Shown: positions 12,765 through 26,429, counted from the stretch's first letter. The stretch: DNA of 64,000 bases from Mobula birostris (GCF_030028105.1 NC_092380.1:56603717-56667716); one strand, 5' to 3'. Numbers and translations are program-made. Notes: generated from the letters alone by a model not told the origin.

Positions 12765-13170
12765 TTAAGTCTACCTACCTACCGACTGCCCATTACACCA
12801 CTCACATTTAGGGCAGCAATGGAGGTCCTCCATCTTTGGCAGTGTTCAGGGCTTCCTTTATCATGTCAGCAGCTCAGTTTCACTTAATACCAGCAAGTTC
12901 CAGGTGGAGATTCAGGAATACCGTCAGCACAGATGTAGAGTGATTCTTCATTGCTGTTTCCAAAACAGTTTTGTTTTACCAGTCAGGGTAGTTAGCCCTG
13001 AGCTGAACTCCCAAACCTGGAGGAGCAGTGGACCACTTTTAGTCTGGCCTCTACCCTTTAACCTATTTGGCATGGGTGACCCTACTGAGAGCCAAAGCAT
13101 GGTAGTTCTGCAGGTCATTGAGGCATGCAAGCCTCCAAACTCTATGACAAATTTGTGGTCCTCTTGGAGG
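12765..13170 (-). mobile_element. Probable RTE-related short element
   Basis: (TAGG)-type tail at one end and phrases shared with 56860-56960; no ORF. Confidence 0.35.
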
Positions 13171-14498
13171 ATACCTAGGTGTATAGGCCTCCAGTATAGG
13201 CCTCCAATAAATCATCACAACTGATGCGCCTCATGAGGGTTCAGACCATCTTGACCTTCAGATGGAGGGAATTTACAAACCTAATTCAACACTACACTAC
13301 ATTAAGAGTGGGATAGTGCTTGACAGAATGAGCCTGATTAATGTTGCTTCTGTCTTTCTATCCAGTTGTAAAAAGACATTTTGTCCCTTTTATTCCTATT
13401 TGACTGAGATGAATATGTTGCAATGTGTCCTTTGTTCTTTCTCTACATAGTCATGACCATTTTATCAAACCCTGTTCTTCTCTGCTATTAGCTGGACAAT
13501 GCACTAGCAAATTACCCTTCACTGAGACAGGCAAGATAGACAGTTTCATTTTTACAACTTGACCTTTAACAAAACACAAAACACCAACAAGAAGGGTCCA
13601 ATGCCCGAAACCAAGAAATTTGTGGTCATCCTAATTACTACCAGCCACAGGATTTCAGACTACTGACTAAAAGCAGGAGTCTGATGAGTCTCCATCCTTT
13701 CCAGCTTAGATAACTACAATGCCCAGTCCCTTGATGTTATTTGGATTCTTATACCTGATATTGCCATTGGTTACCTGATTGTCAAAGCTGTCAAGGTCAC
13801 AGAGACAAGTCTGATGCCTATTGTTTCTCTCCAAGGTGTCAACACGTTCTAAGTGGGAGGAAGACAATGTTGATTTTGCACATATGAAAATGGCAGTGTG
13901 GAGATGTTACTGCCTTTGCCTGAACAGTGCCCAATCCTAGATGAAAACCTTTTATTGTCAGAGTAAATTGTTAATTACAAGGACATTACTACTTGGGGGT
14001 TATTGTACTAGACTGGTAATCATGGATTAGCAATTCCTAACTTCGAATTTAATTTTACAAATCAAAATTGTGGCCTGATACTAAAAAATGCTGAATCTAA
14101 ATGGTTATCTTTGAGAGAAAGTTTGCGCGATTGCTTGAACAGGTCTACACGAGTCATGTCTCACATTGTATGTTGTTCTCAGGAGAATCAAAGGATAATG
14201 CTATATACTGCCTTGTCCATGCTGTTCATTGTACAAAGGATGACACACTATATAGCATACAAATAGGGTCATTGTCCCACCATTCCATCCTGTACACGAA
14301 ACACCCATCCTACTCAATCCTTGTTCGTCCCATTTCATTCTCCTTATATTCCTATCAGCACATCCCAGATTCTGCCACTCAGTACACACAAGGGCTATTT
14401 ACATTGACCATTTAACTAATCAACCTGAATATCTTTGGGATGTGGGAGGAAAATGGAATGTTTGAAGGAAGTCTATGCAATCATAGGAAAAATATACA

Positions 14499-14793
14499 AT
14501 CTCCTCGGACCTCCTGTCCCATGATCCTCTCGTATCCCCTTTTGCCTATCACCTGTCCAGCTCTTGGCTCTATCCTTCCCCCTCCTGTCTTCTCCTATCA
14601 TTTTGGATCTCCCCCTCCCCCTCCAACTTTCAAATCCCTTACTCACTCTTCCTTCAGTTAGTCCTGACGAAGGGTCTCGGCCTGAAACGTCGACTGCACC
14701 TCTTCCTACAGATGCTGCCTGGCCTGCTGCGTTCACCAGCAACTTTGATGTGTGTTGCTTGAATTTCCAGCATCTGCAGAATTCCTGTTGTTT
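14499..14793 (+). mobile_element. Penelope-like element terminal repeat
   Basis: Pyrimidine-rich body, hammerhead motif, ending gaatttccagcatctgcagaattcctgttgttt; near-identical to the reverse complement of 50269-50430. Confidence 0.8.
14659..14696 (+). ncRNA. Minimal type I hammerhead ribozyme motif, core intact
   Basis: TAGTC CTGACGA A GGGTCTCGGCCT GAAA C GTC GACTG; stem I TAGTC/GACTG fully paired (one G-U pair). Confidence 0.72.
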
Positions 14794-15839
14794 GCGTTTA
14801 AACTCCACATTGATAGCTTTGGAGATCAGGATTGAACCTAGCTCGGTGAAACATTGAGGCAGCAGCCCTAGTAGGGTTGACCACTGTACTGTCCATTGTT
14901 AACAGGTAGATCTATATTTGCTCAATCTACTATGAAATCTATTTGGTCTTTTCCAAGAAATACAAGTAGACACTTGCACACACATAAGCACTGTTCAATA
15001 AAGTATAACTTGCAATCATATTTAAGTATGACTGGTCATTCCTGATTTATGCTGTACAGTTAATTAAGTACTTTAGTGGTAATTTGTAAATTTGCCCGCA
15101 GTTCATCACAGCAAGATCCTAGAAATAATCAATAGATATGAACAATTTTTAATGACAACTCCCCTTTGATTAGAAATGCATCAAAGAATCTTCTACATCT
15201 ATGCGAAAGGGCCATCAGAACATTTGATCTGAAAGATAGCACCTCAGTTATGAAACACTTCATTTCTGAAGCAGAGAAGCAGAATTCATTTTGAACTCAA
15301 ATCTTATGATATAAAGTCAGTCATGCACCAGGAGCTGTGCAGGCAAGCAGTGGGGGACTGATCCCCAAAGCTTAGGTCTGAATTTTGAGAATAGCCGCAA
15401 GCGTCATGACCTTTGGGGAAGGACACACATCTGAGATGAATTTATTAAGGAATATGAAATTGTAAATTTGTGGCAAATTCAGTATTCCTCAGTTTAAACA
15501 GTAAGCACAGATTCACACTAGCAAATGTTAAGATTCAGGCTGATATCAGAAAGTTGTTTTTCCACTCGAAGAGTAATCAAGTTTTAGACAGCTGTTGGAG
15601 ACACAAATCCTGCAATTGTGAAATGACATTCGCCATTCCACAGATTTCAGTTTGGTTTTTGACTCGGGGCAAAAAATATTTATTATTAAGATTATAGCAA
15701 TATTTGATCCATTAAAACCAGGAAATTAATCTACTAACATGACATCAGAAGTGTGACAGATGAAGGCAAAACAAATCTGGACAAGGCAGGTAAGCTCCTG
15801 GGCTAGTAAAAAGAATAGGAGCTATTTTTATTAAGTATA

Positions 15840-16835
15840 AGAGACAGAGTACTAAAGCAGAGAAAGAGGCCCTTTGGTCTAATTTATGCCGAACTGGTTA
15901 GTCGCAACTACCTGCACCTGAACCATTGCCCTCCATACCCCCTTATACATGTACCTATCCAAAATGTTAAACATGAACCTGAATCTACTACTCCACTGGC
16001 AGCTCATTCCACACTCACACCACCGAGTAAAGAATTTCCTCCTGTTTCATACAACTACAACATAATATCCCAACTAATAATCAATGCCCTGATTTATAAA
16101 GACCAATGTGCCGCTCTTTATGACCCTATCTACCTGTAACACCACCTTCAAGGAATTATGGATCTATATTTCCAGATCCCTGTTCTACCACACTCTTCAG
16201 TGCCCTACTGTTCACCAAATCCTACACTGGGGTGTCCTCCCAAAGTGCAGCACATCACTCTTGTTTGTAATATACTGTTATTTTTCCAGCAGGTGCCAAT
16301 CTTTTCTTACAAACTTTGATAGCCTTCTTCACTGACCACTATATTCCCTAATCTTTGTGTCATCTGTAAATTTACTGAACCCGTTTGCCACATTATCATC
16401 TAAATCCTTAATATAGATGACAAACAACAATGGACCCAGCACCAGTCCCTGCACTACACCACAAGTCACAGGCCTCCAGTCAGAGACAACCATCTACTAC
16501 TTCTAAGCCAATACTAATTCCAGTTTTCTACTTTATCCTGAATGCTAAGCAACTGAACCTTCTGGAGCAGCCTCAAATGTGGGACTTTGTTAAAGGCTTT
16601 GCTAAAGTCACACAGACAAAATTTACTAGGCTGTCCTTCATCAATCCAGTAACCTTTGAAAACTACAAGATTGGTTAGATGTGATCGACCATGCACAAAT
16701 CCCTAATCAGGCCATCTATCCAAATACTTATATGTCCTATCCCTTAGAATACTTTCCAATACTGTATCTATTACTGATGTTCATCTCACTGATCTGCAAC
16801 TTCCTGGCTTATTTTTACAGCCTTTCTTGAACCAG
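15840..16835 (-). mobile_element. CR1 LINE, degraded
   Basis: MHGRSHLTNL..DFSKAFNKVPHLRLLQKV remnant; colinear with the CR1 at 48469-50013. Confidence 0.75.
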
Positions 16836-17214
16836 GAAGTATTGGCAACTTCTACATGATTCCCCCAAGGTCCAATGACACACCTTGTCAAGCCCTAGGA
16901 ATTATCCATCCATCCAGACTAGCACTTTATATTCCATTACACAGATAGTCTATGACCTCATTAGTTACTATAGATCTGTAGTCTGTGTTCATTTTCAATA
17001 TGGATACAAAAACAAAAATCATTTTAAGATGCCCTCCATCTTCCTGTTCCATGAATACCTGACTATGCTAATTGTGTTCCTTGCTATCATTATGCTCTTA
17101 AATATAGCTATAGAAACCCTTGAGATTCTTTCATGTTGTCTGCCACAGCCATCTCACATCCTCTTTTAGCCCTCCGATTGCTCTTTTCAGTGTCCCTTTG
17201 CATTTCTTATACGT

Positions 17215-18085
17215 AGAGTTCAAAGTAAATTTATTATCAAAGCACATACAACTCTGAAATTCATTTTCTTGTGGGTATATTCAGTAAATCCAAGAATCAT
17301 AATAGAATCAAAGACAACATCCAGCAGGGCAGATAAACAGCCCACGTGCAAGACAACAACTGCAAATACAAAACAAGTGAAAAGCAATAAATAGAGAACA
17401 TGAGATGAAGCATCCCTGGGAACTGTTCAGTGATGGGGCAAGTGAAGTTATCAACAGGGGTTCAAGAGCCTGACAGTTGAGGGGTAATAACTGCTCCTGG
17501 TGTGAGTCCTCAGGCTCCTGTACCTTCTTCCTCATGGTAGCAGCAAGACAGCACAACCTTGATGGTGGGGGTTCCTAATGATGGATGCTGCTTTCTCACA
17601 ACAGCACTCTACATAGATGTGCTCAATGGTGGGGAGTGTTGTATCAAACTTCTTTTCACAGGCATTTCCATTCAAGGGCATTGGTGCTTCCATACCAGGC
17701 CGTGATACAGTCAGTACACACTCCACCACACATCTATTGAAGTTTTTCCAAGTTTTATATCTTATGCTGAATCTCCACAACTATTAAGTAGGCATACTGC
17801 TGTGCTTTCTTCAATACACACATACGTGTTGGGCCCAGGACAGGTCCTCTGAAATTAACACCGAGGAATTTAAAGTCGCTGACCCTCTCCACACCTGATC
17901 CCTGATGGAGGATGGATCATGGAGCTCTTTCCTCCGCCAGAAGTCAATAATCAGATCCTTGATCTTGCTAACTTTGAGTAAGAGGTTGTTGCTGTGGCAC
18001 CACTCAGCCAGATTTTCAATCTCTCTCCTTTAGCTAATTCCTCACCACCTTTGTTTCCACCAGACAGCAGTGGTGTCAGCAAGCT
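17215..18085 (-). mobile_element. Rex1/Babar LINE fragment
   Basis: NFNRCVVECVLT..LPTIEHIY..KAASIIRNPHH remnant; colinear with 42545-43548. Confidence 0.7.
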
Positions 18086-19919
18086 TGCCTATACATGAAT
18101 GCACCTTCTCCTCTACTAGGCCCTCAAACATCCCTCGATAACTAAGGTCTCCTACACCAGTTTGCCTTGAACTTTATCTGAACACGAACATAGATTCTGC
18201 ATTCTCAATATTTTCACTTTCAAGAACTGCCCATTTATCAAACACCTCCGTCAGAAAACACCCTATCCCAATTCATACCTGTTCGATTTTTCCTGATGCC
18301 ATCAAAACTGGCCTTTCCTCAATTTAGATTCTCATCCAAAGGATCTGCCCCATCTTCCATAACACATAGAATCCAAATTTCCCTATACACCTTGTGTAGT
18401 TTGCAATTTTTTTTTTTGGAAAGGGGAGGGTGGTACAATAGGTGCATTGTTGAGGGGCTGAAGATGACAAACAGCCAAATGGAAAATATTCAGTGACAAC
18501 CAGTTATTCATCTCCAAGTATATTAAATAAGATCTTATAATCATTATAATTATTAGCATCTCATTGGAAAGTGGACAATGTAAAATCATAACTAGTTTCA
18601 AATCCATTTATGGGTACAGTGATGCCAGTCCCATTGCCACTTCTTCCTCTTCAATATATCTCAAATTCATTTCAGTGCCTCCTCTCCCCTTATTTGCAAA
18701 GGATTGCCTCCCTTACACTCCCTTTTTAAAGTGACGATTTCCATCAATAAGTTCCTAGAATATTTTGAACAATTTCTTCGTCCAATTGCCATTCATGAAT
18801 TTTAAGGTAAGTCTTTCAAAACAGTAGACTAACAATCCTGGCAACCAATATGGTTAAGCTTATCTTCTATATCTCATTTGACAAAAAACACATAGCTTGA
18901 TCTTTTCAAAATGTCAATATATATTAAGTTATACAAAAATGCTGCAAATAATCAGCTAATCAGGCACCATCTGCAGGACTACGTTAACATTACAGGTTAA
19001 CAACTTTACTAGAGCCAGTTGTTTACCCTTCCTACATTCTATTCTAGCCCAAGATGCACATTTACTACTGATGACAGCATCAGCAGTAGTTTAGCATTCA
19101 GGCACAAACAGAACTATAAGGATTACAGCCATAAGCAAATTGTGAAGAACTTAGACCTGCATATCAAACACGGCTGCTCTCAACCTGATAGTCGAAAGCC
19201 AACCGATATGCAGCATCTTTTCTGCACAGATTTTATTCCATAAAATGAATGATCACTGCTCAGTCAGCCTCAAGCCAGTGTTCATGGCAAAACATCATGT
19301 TGCTCTCTACATATTCAGCTGGTAACATTACTCAATATTTCAAGTTTAAAGAACTTGAGCTGCAGTACAAATCATCTAATGAGAGATAAGCACTAACTCA
19401 AGCCTGAACAAACATTTTAATTCAAAATTGTTGCTTAATTACAAACCAGTTTGTTAAGTCTAAATCACAAGCATTGGCTTAAATCAGAATTTTTCCTGAA
19501 TAGCTATAGCACCATCTTGTGACAAGCATGTGTATGACTTTTAACTATTGCACATGTTGAAGTACTTTTACTGTTGGTTAGATAGATAACTCACATCCGT
19601 GCTGCAGATAAGTTGCTCAAAATCAATATTTTACAGAGGTGGCCAGCTTAGCAGCTTTAACATTTTACTGCTAACATTGATAAAGTACCAGTGTCTGCCC
19701 TTTCAATGCCTGATGGTCTGTTCTATCATTCATGTTTAGTTGACTAAATATTAATTTCAGCTGAAACTCCTTAGAGATTTAATCTTACCATTAGTTTTAC
19801 TAAAATGTGCATAAATGCATACTACACAAGTATGTGCATCTCTTTTCATTGTAGAGAACACTAGTATGATGGAAGCTCTAGGTGCCAATGGTCATTAAGT
19901 ATGTGAAGTTACCATTACT

Positions 19920-20555
19920 ATGAGAAGGTTCTTGGTAAACTGAAAGGTCTGATGGCAGACAAGTCACCTGGACTAGATGGTGTTCACATCAGGGCTCTGA
20001 AGGGCATTAGTAACGGTCTTTCATGAATCACTAGACACTGGAATGGTTCTAGAAGACTGGAAAATTGCAAATGTCACTCCACTTTTCAAGGAGGGAGAGG
20101 CAAAAGAAAGGAAACTATAGGTCAGTTAATCTGACCTCAGTAGTTGGGAAAATGTTAAGTCATTAACGTTTCAGGCATGGTTTCCTCCAGGTAAAGTCTT
20201 GCCTGACAAATCTGTTGGAATTCTTTGAAATAACAAGCAGGATAGACAAAGGGAGAATCAGTTTATGTTGTGTACTTGGATTTTCAGGCCTTTAGACAAA
20301 GTGCCACACATGAGGCTGCTTAACAATCTACAAGCCAACGTTATTACAGGAAAGATTCTAGCATGGATAAAGTAATGGCTAATTGGTAGTGAGAATAAAG
20401 GGAGCTTTTTCTGGTTGGCTGCCAGTAACTAGTGGTGTTCCACAGGGATCGGAGTTGGGACCGCTTCTTTTTATGTTATATGTCATTGAGGGGGAAATTG
20501 GCAGAGCAAACTCGATAGGCCAAAGGCCTAATTCTGCTCCCATGTATCATGGCAT
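19920..20555 (+). mobile_element. CR1 LINE fragment
   Basis: Remnants of KSPGLDG..EDWKIANVTPLFK..NYR; FSGWLPVTSGVPQGSELGPLLF. Confidence 0.78.
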
Positions 20556-20663
20556 GGTTTTCGCAAAATGCATGGGAGTTGCGTACCAGCTTCAAATACA
20601 AGAACTGCTATTCTTATATTTGACATTCACACATCACCACACAAACACAAAATATTATAACTG

Positions 20664-20669
20664 TTTATT
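20664..20669 (-). terminator. RPLP2: RPLP2 polyadenylation signal AATAAA
   Basis: tttatt on + strand, 17 nt after the stop codon. Confidence 0.8.
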
Positions 20670-20686
20670 TTAAGCCAGCTTTCTAT

Positions 20687-20763
20687 TTAATCAAAGAGAC
20701 CAAAACCCATGTCATCATCTGATTCTTCAGACTCTTCCTTTTTCTCCTCTTTCTTCTCTTCAA
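20687..20763 (-). CDS. RPLP2: RPLP2 exon 5 (coding part)
   Basis: tttcag acceptor; (V)EEKKEEKKEESEESDDDMGFGLFD*, the conserved P-protein C-terminus. Confidence 0.97.
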
Positions 20764-21377
20764 CTGAAAATAAAAAAAAAGGTCACAACCAAAATCCTCA
20801 ATTCCAAGGCTAAATTCTCTAAAACAAAGCATTTGGGAACTAATCACAACACCAACATTGAGTTGAGAGCATCATGGATGTACTAGTTTACAAAGTTCCC
20901 AGTTACTATTTTTAGATCTCTTGCCTAACTCATCGATTTCTTAGCAATAACACTAAACAGGTAGGTCAGGAACAGATTTGTTTTATAAATTTGAAGGAAT
21001 GATGCAGTCCTTTTGTCTGCACTATAAGAATGTACATTCTAGCAATAAATTGTACATCCTTTGACACTGGCAATCTGGGGAAAAAAATCAACTGATGTGG
21101 CTGCAGAACCCAGCACCAAAAACCAGCTACATAAAATGTTATAGGATTTAACAGTAAGTTGTACCATAATGTCTCATTTTAGAACGAAAACTGTCAATAG
21201 TCCTCTGACTGCACCCAGAAGTTTATAAACCAGATCAATGCCCTTTTATAAGATTTTCCTCCAGTGCAACTATGTATATAGTTTCTAGTCAGATTTGCCT
21301 CCACTGCTGTAAATTGATTTTATACTAATTTACAGTTTCCATTCATTCCCTCAAGGCAAACAAAATAAATCACTTAC

Positions 21378-21464
21378 CAGCAGCAGCTGCAGCTGGTGCA
21401 GCAGCACTTGTGGCACTAACAGCAGCAGCACCTCCACTTGGGACACTTGCAAGCTTGGCATTGC
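21378..21464 (-). CDS. RPLP2: RPLP2 exon 4
   Basis: tttag acceptor, (G)NAKLASVPSGGAAAVSATSAAAPAAAAA, GTAAGT donor; 87 nt, phases match the neighbouring exons. Confidence 0.96.
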
Positions 21465-22525
21465 CTAAACGAGACAACTTGTCAACTCAGTTTTTGTATT
21501 TACTCACCACCAACCCAATAGAGGGTCAATTTGGCCTCATTTAGCCAGTTCAACAATTCAAAGGCAATGCCCGCATAAACCTGCACCCAAAATCCACCAG
21601 GTATTAAATACTTCTCCACATGCAGCAGATTGTTTGGGGTTCCAGCAATTTTCCTGTGTCTTCTGCACAAATTAATTGCATGGCCACCTGACAATCAAGA
21701 ACCTACAAACTTCTATCCCCACACAATTCCAGAGTGAGCCTCATCATCTCATACTAATAAAAATTTAATACACAAGTGAATATTCAGGGAATGAGGCACA
21801 GAAGTCAGAGGTACGGAAATTTTTACCAGCGATCTCAATCACACTAAGCTGTGAACACTTGTCTCAAGGCAACTTATTGTCAGGGTGGTGGCTTTTTCTG
21901 GCAAGTATGGAACAAGCCTTCATTTCAATACCATCTAGAACAAGTGATACAACACTGCAGTAGTGGAGGCAACAAAAATCAGCCAGAATCTCTTCTCTGT
22001 TCTTGGGTAAATAGAAAAGATCCAATAAGACATGCAGACACCTCAGTGCTCCGGCCAACATGTTTCCCATCTCCAATTACCAAAAGAAAACTCAACCATC
22101 TTTCTTCATTAACATTTTAGTCACCTAAACAACTTCTTGCATTACAATAGTAATTTTTTTTAAAGAATCACTTCAGCTAAATGACCTTTGGATGTGAAAG
22201 GCATCCTAAATGGCTCCTTTCAAAATGGTGGCAAAATAGCCAACCATAGCCACAGGTTAAATTTAAGAAACTGAACATTAACTCTCTAAACTTTTAGACA
22301 TAACCACTAACATACACAGAACCCACCCACCCAAGAAGAAAGACAAATTTAAAGCTGAAGTAGTTTCCAATAAACCACTACCTTTATTGCACCATTGAAA
22401 ACTGAGTTAAGATCTAATCCCATACAAGACACATTGCTGGACAATGCTCTTTGAATACTTTCATGGGATATTTGCTGCACACACTAGAAAGCAGATGGGG
22501 TCTTGGTTTAACATTTTTTCAAAAC

Positions 22526-23570
22526 AACACTCACAACACGCTGGAGGAATTCAGCAGGTCAGGCAGCATCCATGGAAATGATCAGTCAACGTTTCGGGCC
22601 GGAACCCTTCGTCAGGACTGAAGAGGGAAGGGGCAGAGGCCCTATAAAGAAGGTGGGGGGAGGGCAGGAAGAAGGCTGGTAGGTTCCAGGTGAAAAACCA
22701 GTAAGGGGAAAGGGATGGGGGAGAGGAAGCAGGGTGGTGATAGGCAGGAAAGGTGAAGGAGGAATAAGAGAAAACACAATGGGTACTAGAAGGAGGCAGA
22801 ACCATGAGGGAGGTGATAGGCAGCTGGGGTGAGGGCAGAGTGAAACTGGGATGGGGGAAGGGATAACTGGAAGTTGGAGAATTCTATGTTCATACCAAGG
22901 GGCTGGAGACTACCTAGACAGTATATGAGGTGTTGCTCCTCCAACCTGAGTTTAGCCTCATCATGGCAGTAAAGGAGGCCATGTATGGACAAATCCAAAT
23001 GGGAAGCAGAGCTGAAGTGGGTGGCAACCGGGAGATCCTGTTTATTGTGGCGGACGGAGTGGAGGTGCTCGACGAAGCGGTCCCCCAATCTGCGTCGGGT
23101 TTCACCGATGTAGAGGAGGCCGCACCGGGAGCACCGGATGCAATAGATGACCCCAGACTCACAAGTAAGTGTTGCCTCACCTGGAAGGACTGTTTGGGGC
23201 CCAGAATGGTGGTGAGAGAGGAGGTGTAGGGACAGGTGTAGCACTTACACTTACAGGGATTAAGTGCCGGGTGGAAGATCTGTGGGGAGGGACGTGTGGA
23301 CCAGGGAGTCGCAGAGGAAATGATCCCTGCTGAAAGCGGTGGAGAGGGAAAGATCTGCTTAGTGGTGGGGTCCTGTTGAAGGTGGCCGAAGTTGCGGAGG
23401 ATAATGTGCTGGATCCAGAGGCTGGTGGGGTGGTAGGTGAGGAGAAAGGGAACTCTATCCCTGTTGTGGTTGTGGGAGGATGGGGTGAGGGCCGAAGTGT
23501 GGGAAATGGAGGAGATGTGGGCGAGGGCATCATTGATGATGGCAGAAGGGAAACTACGATCCTTAAAGAT
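22526..23570 (-). mobile_element. Penelope-like retroelement 3' part with GIY-YIG endonuclease
   Basis: ORF 22786-23244: GVIYCIRCSRCGLLYIGETRRRLGDRFVEH...EEQHLIYCLGSLQPLGMNIEF, followed by the terminal repeat with a hammerhead. Confidence 0.9.
22583..22620 (-). ncRNA. Minimal type I hammerhead ribozyme motif, core intact, GUU triplet
   Basis: CAGTC CTGACGA A GGGTTCCGGCCC GAAA C GTT GACTG; perfect stem I. Confidence 0.68.
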
Positions 23571-23865
23571 CGATCAAAAAAACGTGTGTCCTCAACAATT
23601 TGGTACTGCACTAGAGTTCCTAACTAAATTGTGGCCTAGTCAAGGGTTTAATCCCATCCTGTAGCTTGGAACTAAGGGTTGCTAAATAAACCACTGAAGT
23701 TTTACCACCTGAATTCACTGTAGCACAAGCTAATCCAAAATTAATGTTCCACATAAAATAACCACATTTACCGATACCAGCATTTTAACCAAGACCCTTG
23801 ATGCTATTCAAGTACAGTTTTAAGCCTGAACATTTTGTTGACAGTAACAAAGCATGATCCTGACC

Positions 23866-25335
23866 CACACACCAAAATGCTGGAGGAACTCAGCAGGTCA
23901 GGCAGCATCTCTGGGGGCAGGGGAGAGTTGACATTTTGGGCTGAAACCCTTCAAGAGGACTGGAGGAAAAAGCTGAGTGGATTTAAAAGTTTGGTGGGGG
24001 GGGGGAGAGAGAAGAGGGGAAAAGGAGAAGAGAAACAAGGTGACAGGTGAAACCAGCAGGAAGAGGGTTGAAGAGCTGGAAACTTGATCAGTGTAAGAGA
24101 TACAGAGCTAGAGAAGACGGAATCTTAAGAGGGCAGAAAGTCATGGAGGGGAAGAATCAATGGGAGGAGATGGGCAGGCAAGGAGCTATAGTGAGGGGGA
24201 AGGGTAAAGAGGATAGGGAATGGTGAAGGGGGGCACCACCAGAAGTTGGGTTGGAGGCTACCCGGACAGAATACAAAGTGCTGTTGCTCCAACCAGAGTG
24301 TGGCCTCATCACGACAGAGGCGGCCATGGATTGACATGTTGGAATGGAAAGTGGATATAAAATTGGTGGCCACTGGAGGGAGGGAACGTCCAGACCACAA
24401 GAGGCCTGCATCAGGCATTTTCATGCCTTACAAGGTGCATATTGGAAGTCTGTGTGGAGCGCCACTCCTCGCACAAACACTAGAGCAATGTGTGGTTAAG
24501 TGCCTTGCTCAAGGACACAAACACGCTGCCACAGCTGAGGCTCGAACCAGCAACCTTGAGATCACTAGACGAACACCTTAACCACTTGGCCACGTGCCAC
24601 TGGGAGATCCCACTTCTTCTGGAGGACAGAGCACAGGTGCTCTGCACTTGTTCTGTTACTTGCCCCTACGCCTCCTTCCTCACTACCATTCAGAGTCCGA
24701 GTCCTTCCAGACGAGTTGACACTTTACTGTGAATCTGTTGGGGGTCATATAGCGCGGCCAGTGTGGCCTCCTGTATATTGGTGAGACCCAATGTAGATTG
24801 GTAGACCACAGTGCAAAGTACCTTGTGGTTGGAGCGTAGAAGCAGGATCACCCAGTAGCCACCCATTTTAACTCCACTTCCCATTTGGTAATCCATGGCC
24901 TCCTCTGTTGTGATGAGGCCACACTCAGGTTGGAGGAATGACACCTTGTAATCCGCCTGGGCAGCCTCCACCTGATGAACATCTATTTCTCAAACTTCTG
25001 GTAATGCACCACCCCCTCCCCCTTGCTTTCTTCCATGGCCTTCTGCGCTCTCCAACCAGTCTCCCTTCTCCAGCCCCGTATCTTTCACCAATCAATTTCC
25101 CAGCTCTTTACTTCACCTGCCACCCCCCCCCAACATTTCACATCTCATCTCACGTTTTTCTCTCTCCCCTCCCCCACCTTTTAAATCTACTCATCCCTTC
25201 CCAGTCCTGCTGATGGGTCTTGGCCCAAAATGTTCACTGTGCTTTTTTCTCATAGATGCTACCCGGCCTGTTAAGGTCCTCCAGCATTTTGTGTGTTGCC
25301 TGGATTTCCAGCATTTGCATCTTTTCTCCTGTTTG
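23866..25335. mobile_element. Inverted two-armed Penelope-like insertion (- arm 23866-~24648, + arm ~24648-25335)
   Basis: Both arms carry GIY-YIG remnants (DEATLWLEQQHFVF on -; GLLYIGET-like on +) and outward-facing terminal repeats with degenerate hammerheads. Confidence 0.75.
24377..24595 (-). mobile_element. tRNA-derived CORE-type SINE inserted in the Penelope arm
   Basis: A box TGGCCAAGTGG, B box GGTTCGAGCC, CORE-like tgtgtccttgagcaaggcacttaacc; 8-bp TSD GCCACTGG at 24369-24376 and 24596-24603. Confidence 0.8.
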
Positions 25336-26380
25336 AAAGATCTTGACAAGGCAGATTCAGAACTGGTTTGCCCACAGAAGGCAGAGGGTGGCAGTAGATG
25401 GAGCAGATCATGCATGGAGTGATTAGCTGCATTCCAAATGATCTGTTCTGGAACCTCTGCCCTTGCAATGACTTGCAAGAGGGAGGAGTCTGTTGATGGC
25501 ACTCTGTTGGTGTTGTGGATTGTAAGATCCTGCTGTAGGTTACAACACGACATTAATAGGATGTAGAGCTGCGATGAGTCACAGATGGAGAAGTGTAAAG
25601 TGATTCACTTCACATGGTTGAAACAGGATTCATAACAGTATGGAGGAACAGGGAAATCTTCAGGGTCCATGCCCATAGATCCCCTTAAGTGTCAGTGTAG
25701 ATTGACAGGGTTGACCTTCATTAGTCAGGGGAGATTGAGTTCAAAAGCCATAGACCAATGCTGCTCGATAAAGCAGCTCTGGTCAGTCCTCAACAGGATT
25801 ACTGTTTTCAGTTTTGGACACCTCATACAAAGGGCCTGAAAGTTTGAGGGTGCAGAGACTTTCCAAGATGCTACCTGAATTGGAGAGTAGGTCTTACAAG
25901 GAAAGGTGAGCAAGCTAGGCCTTTTCTCTTCAGAAAGGAGGAAAAGAAATGGGTTTATAGGGCAGTAGAAGATCATTCAGTTCCAAATCTTTGGAACTCT
26001 TCCTTGATGGCGGAAGCAGGACATTTGAATAAGTAGATATTATATGTTCAATGAACAAAGCTAAAAGTTACTGCTGGAATAAAAAACAATGGCTACAATC
26101 CAATAGCCATGAGCTAATTAAGTGGAGAAGATGCCAGAGTCTAAATAAGAGGTTCCCAATCTTTTTTATGCTATTAGGCAAGTGGTCTGTGGACCTCAGG
26201 TTGGGAACCCTTGGTCTAAACTGTCTTCTACTGCAAGTACCATGTCATTTTGAATAAAATCATTTTAGGCAGGTAGATTAAGAGAATTATTGGCAACCTT
26301 TTCAGTAGAGTAATTGTTAAAATTACTCTTGCATCCCAGGCCTATGACTTTAGAAACAAATATTAAAAAGTGTGACTCAC

Positions 26381-26429
26381 CAGCACTGATGACATCATCT
26401 ATATTCTTGCCTTTCAGTTCACTGATCAC
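26381..26429 (-). CDS. RPLP2: RPLP2 exon 3
   Basis: ttcag acceptor, VISELKGKNIDDVISA|G, GTGAGT donor; 49 nt. Confidence 0.96.

Noticed and set aside
21508-21580. Exon-like segment on the - strand (CAG...GTGAGT) just upstream of RPLP2 exon 4
   Set aside because: The downstream intron would be only ~43 nt and the acceptor lacks a pyrimidine tract
24500-24595. tRNA gene on the - strand
   Set aside because: A and B boxes are present but run into a CORE domain and are flanked by a TSD, so this is a SINE head
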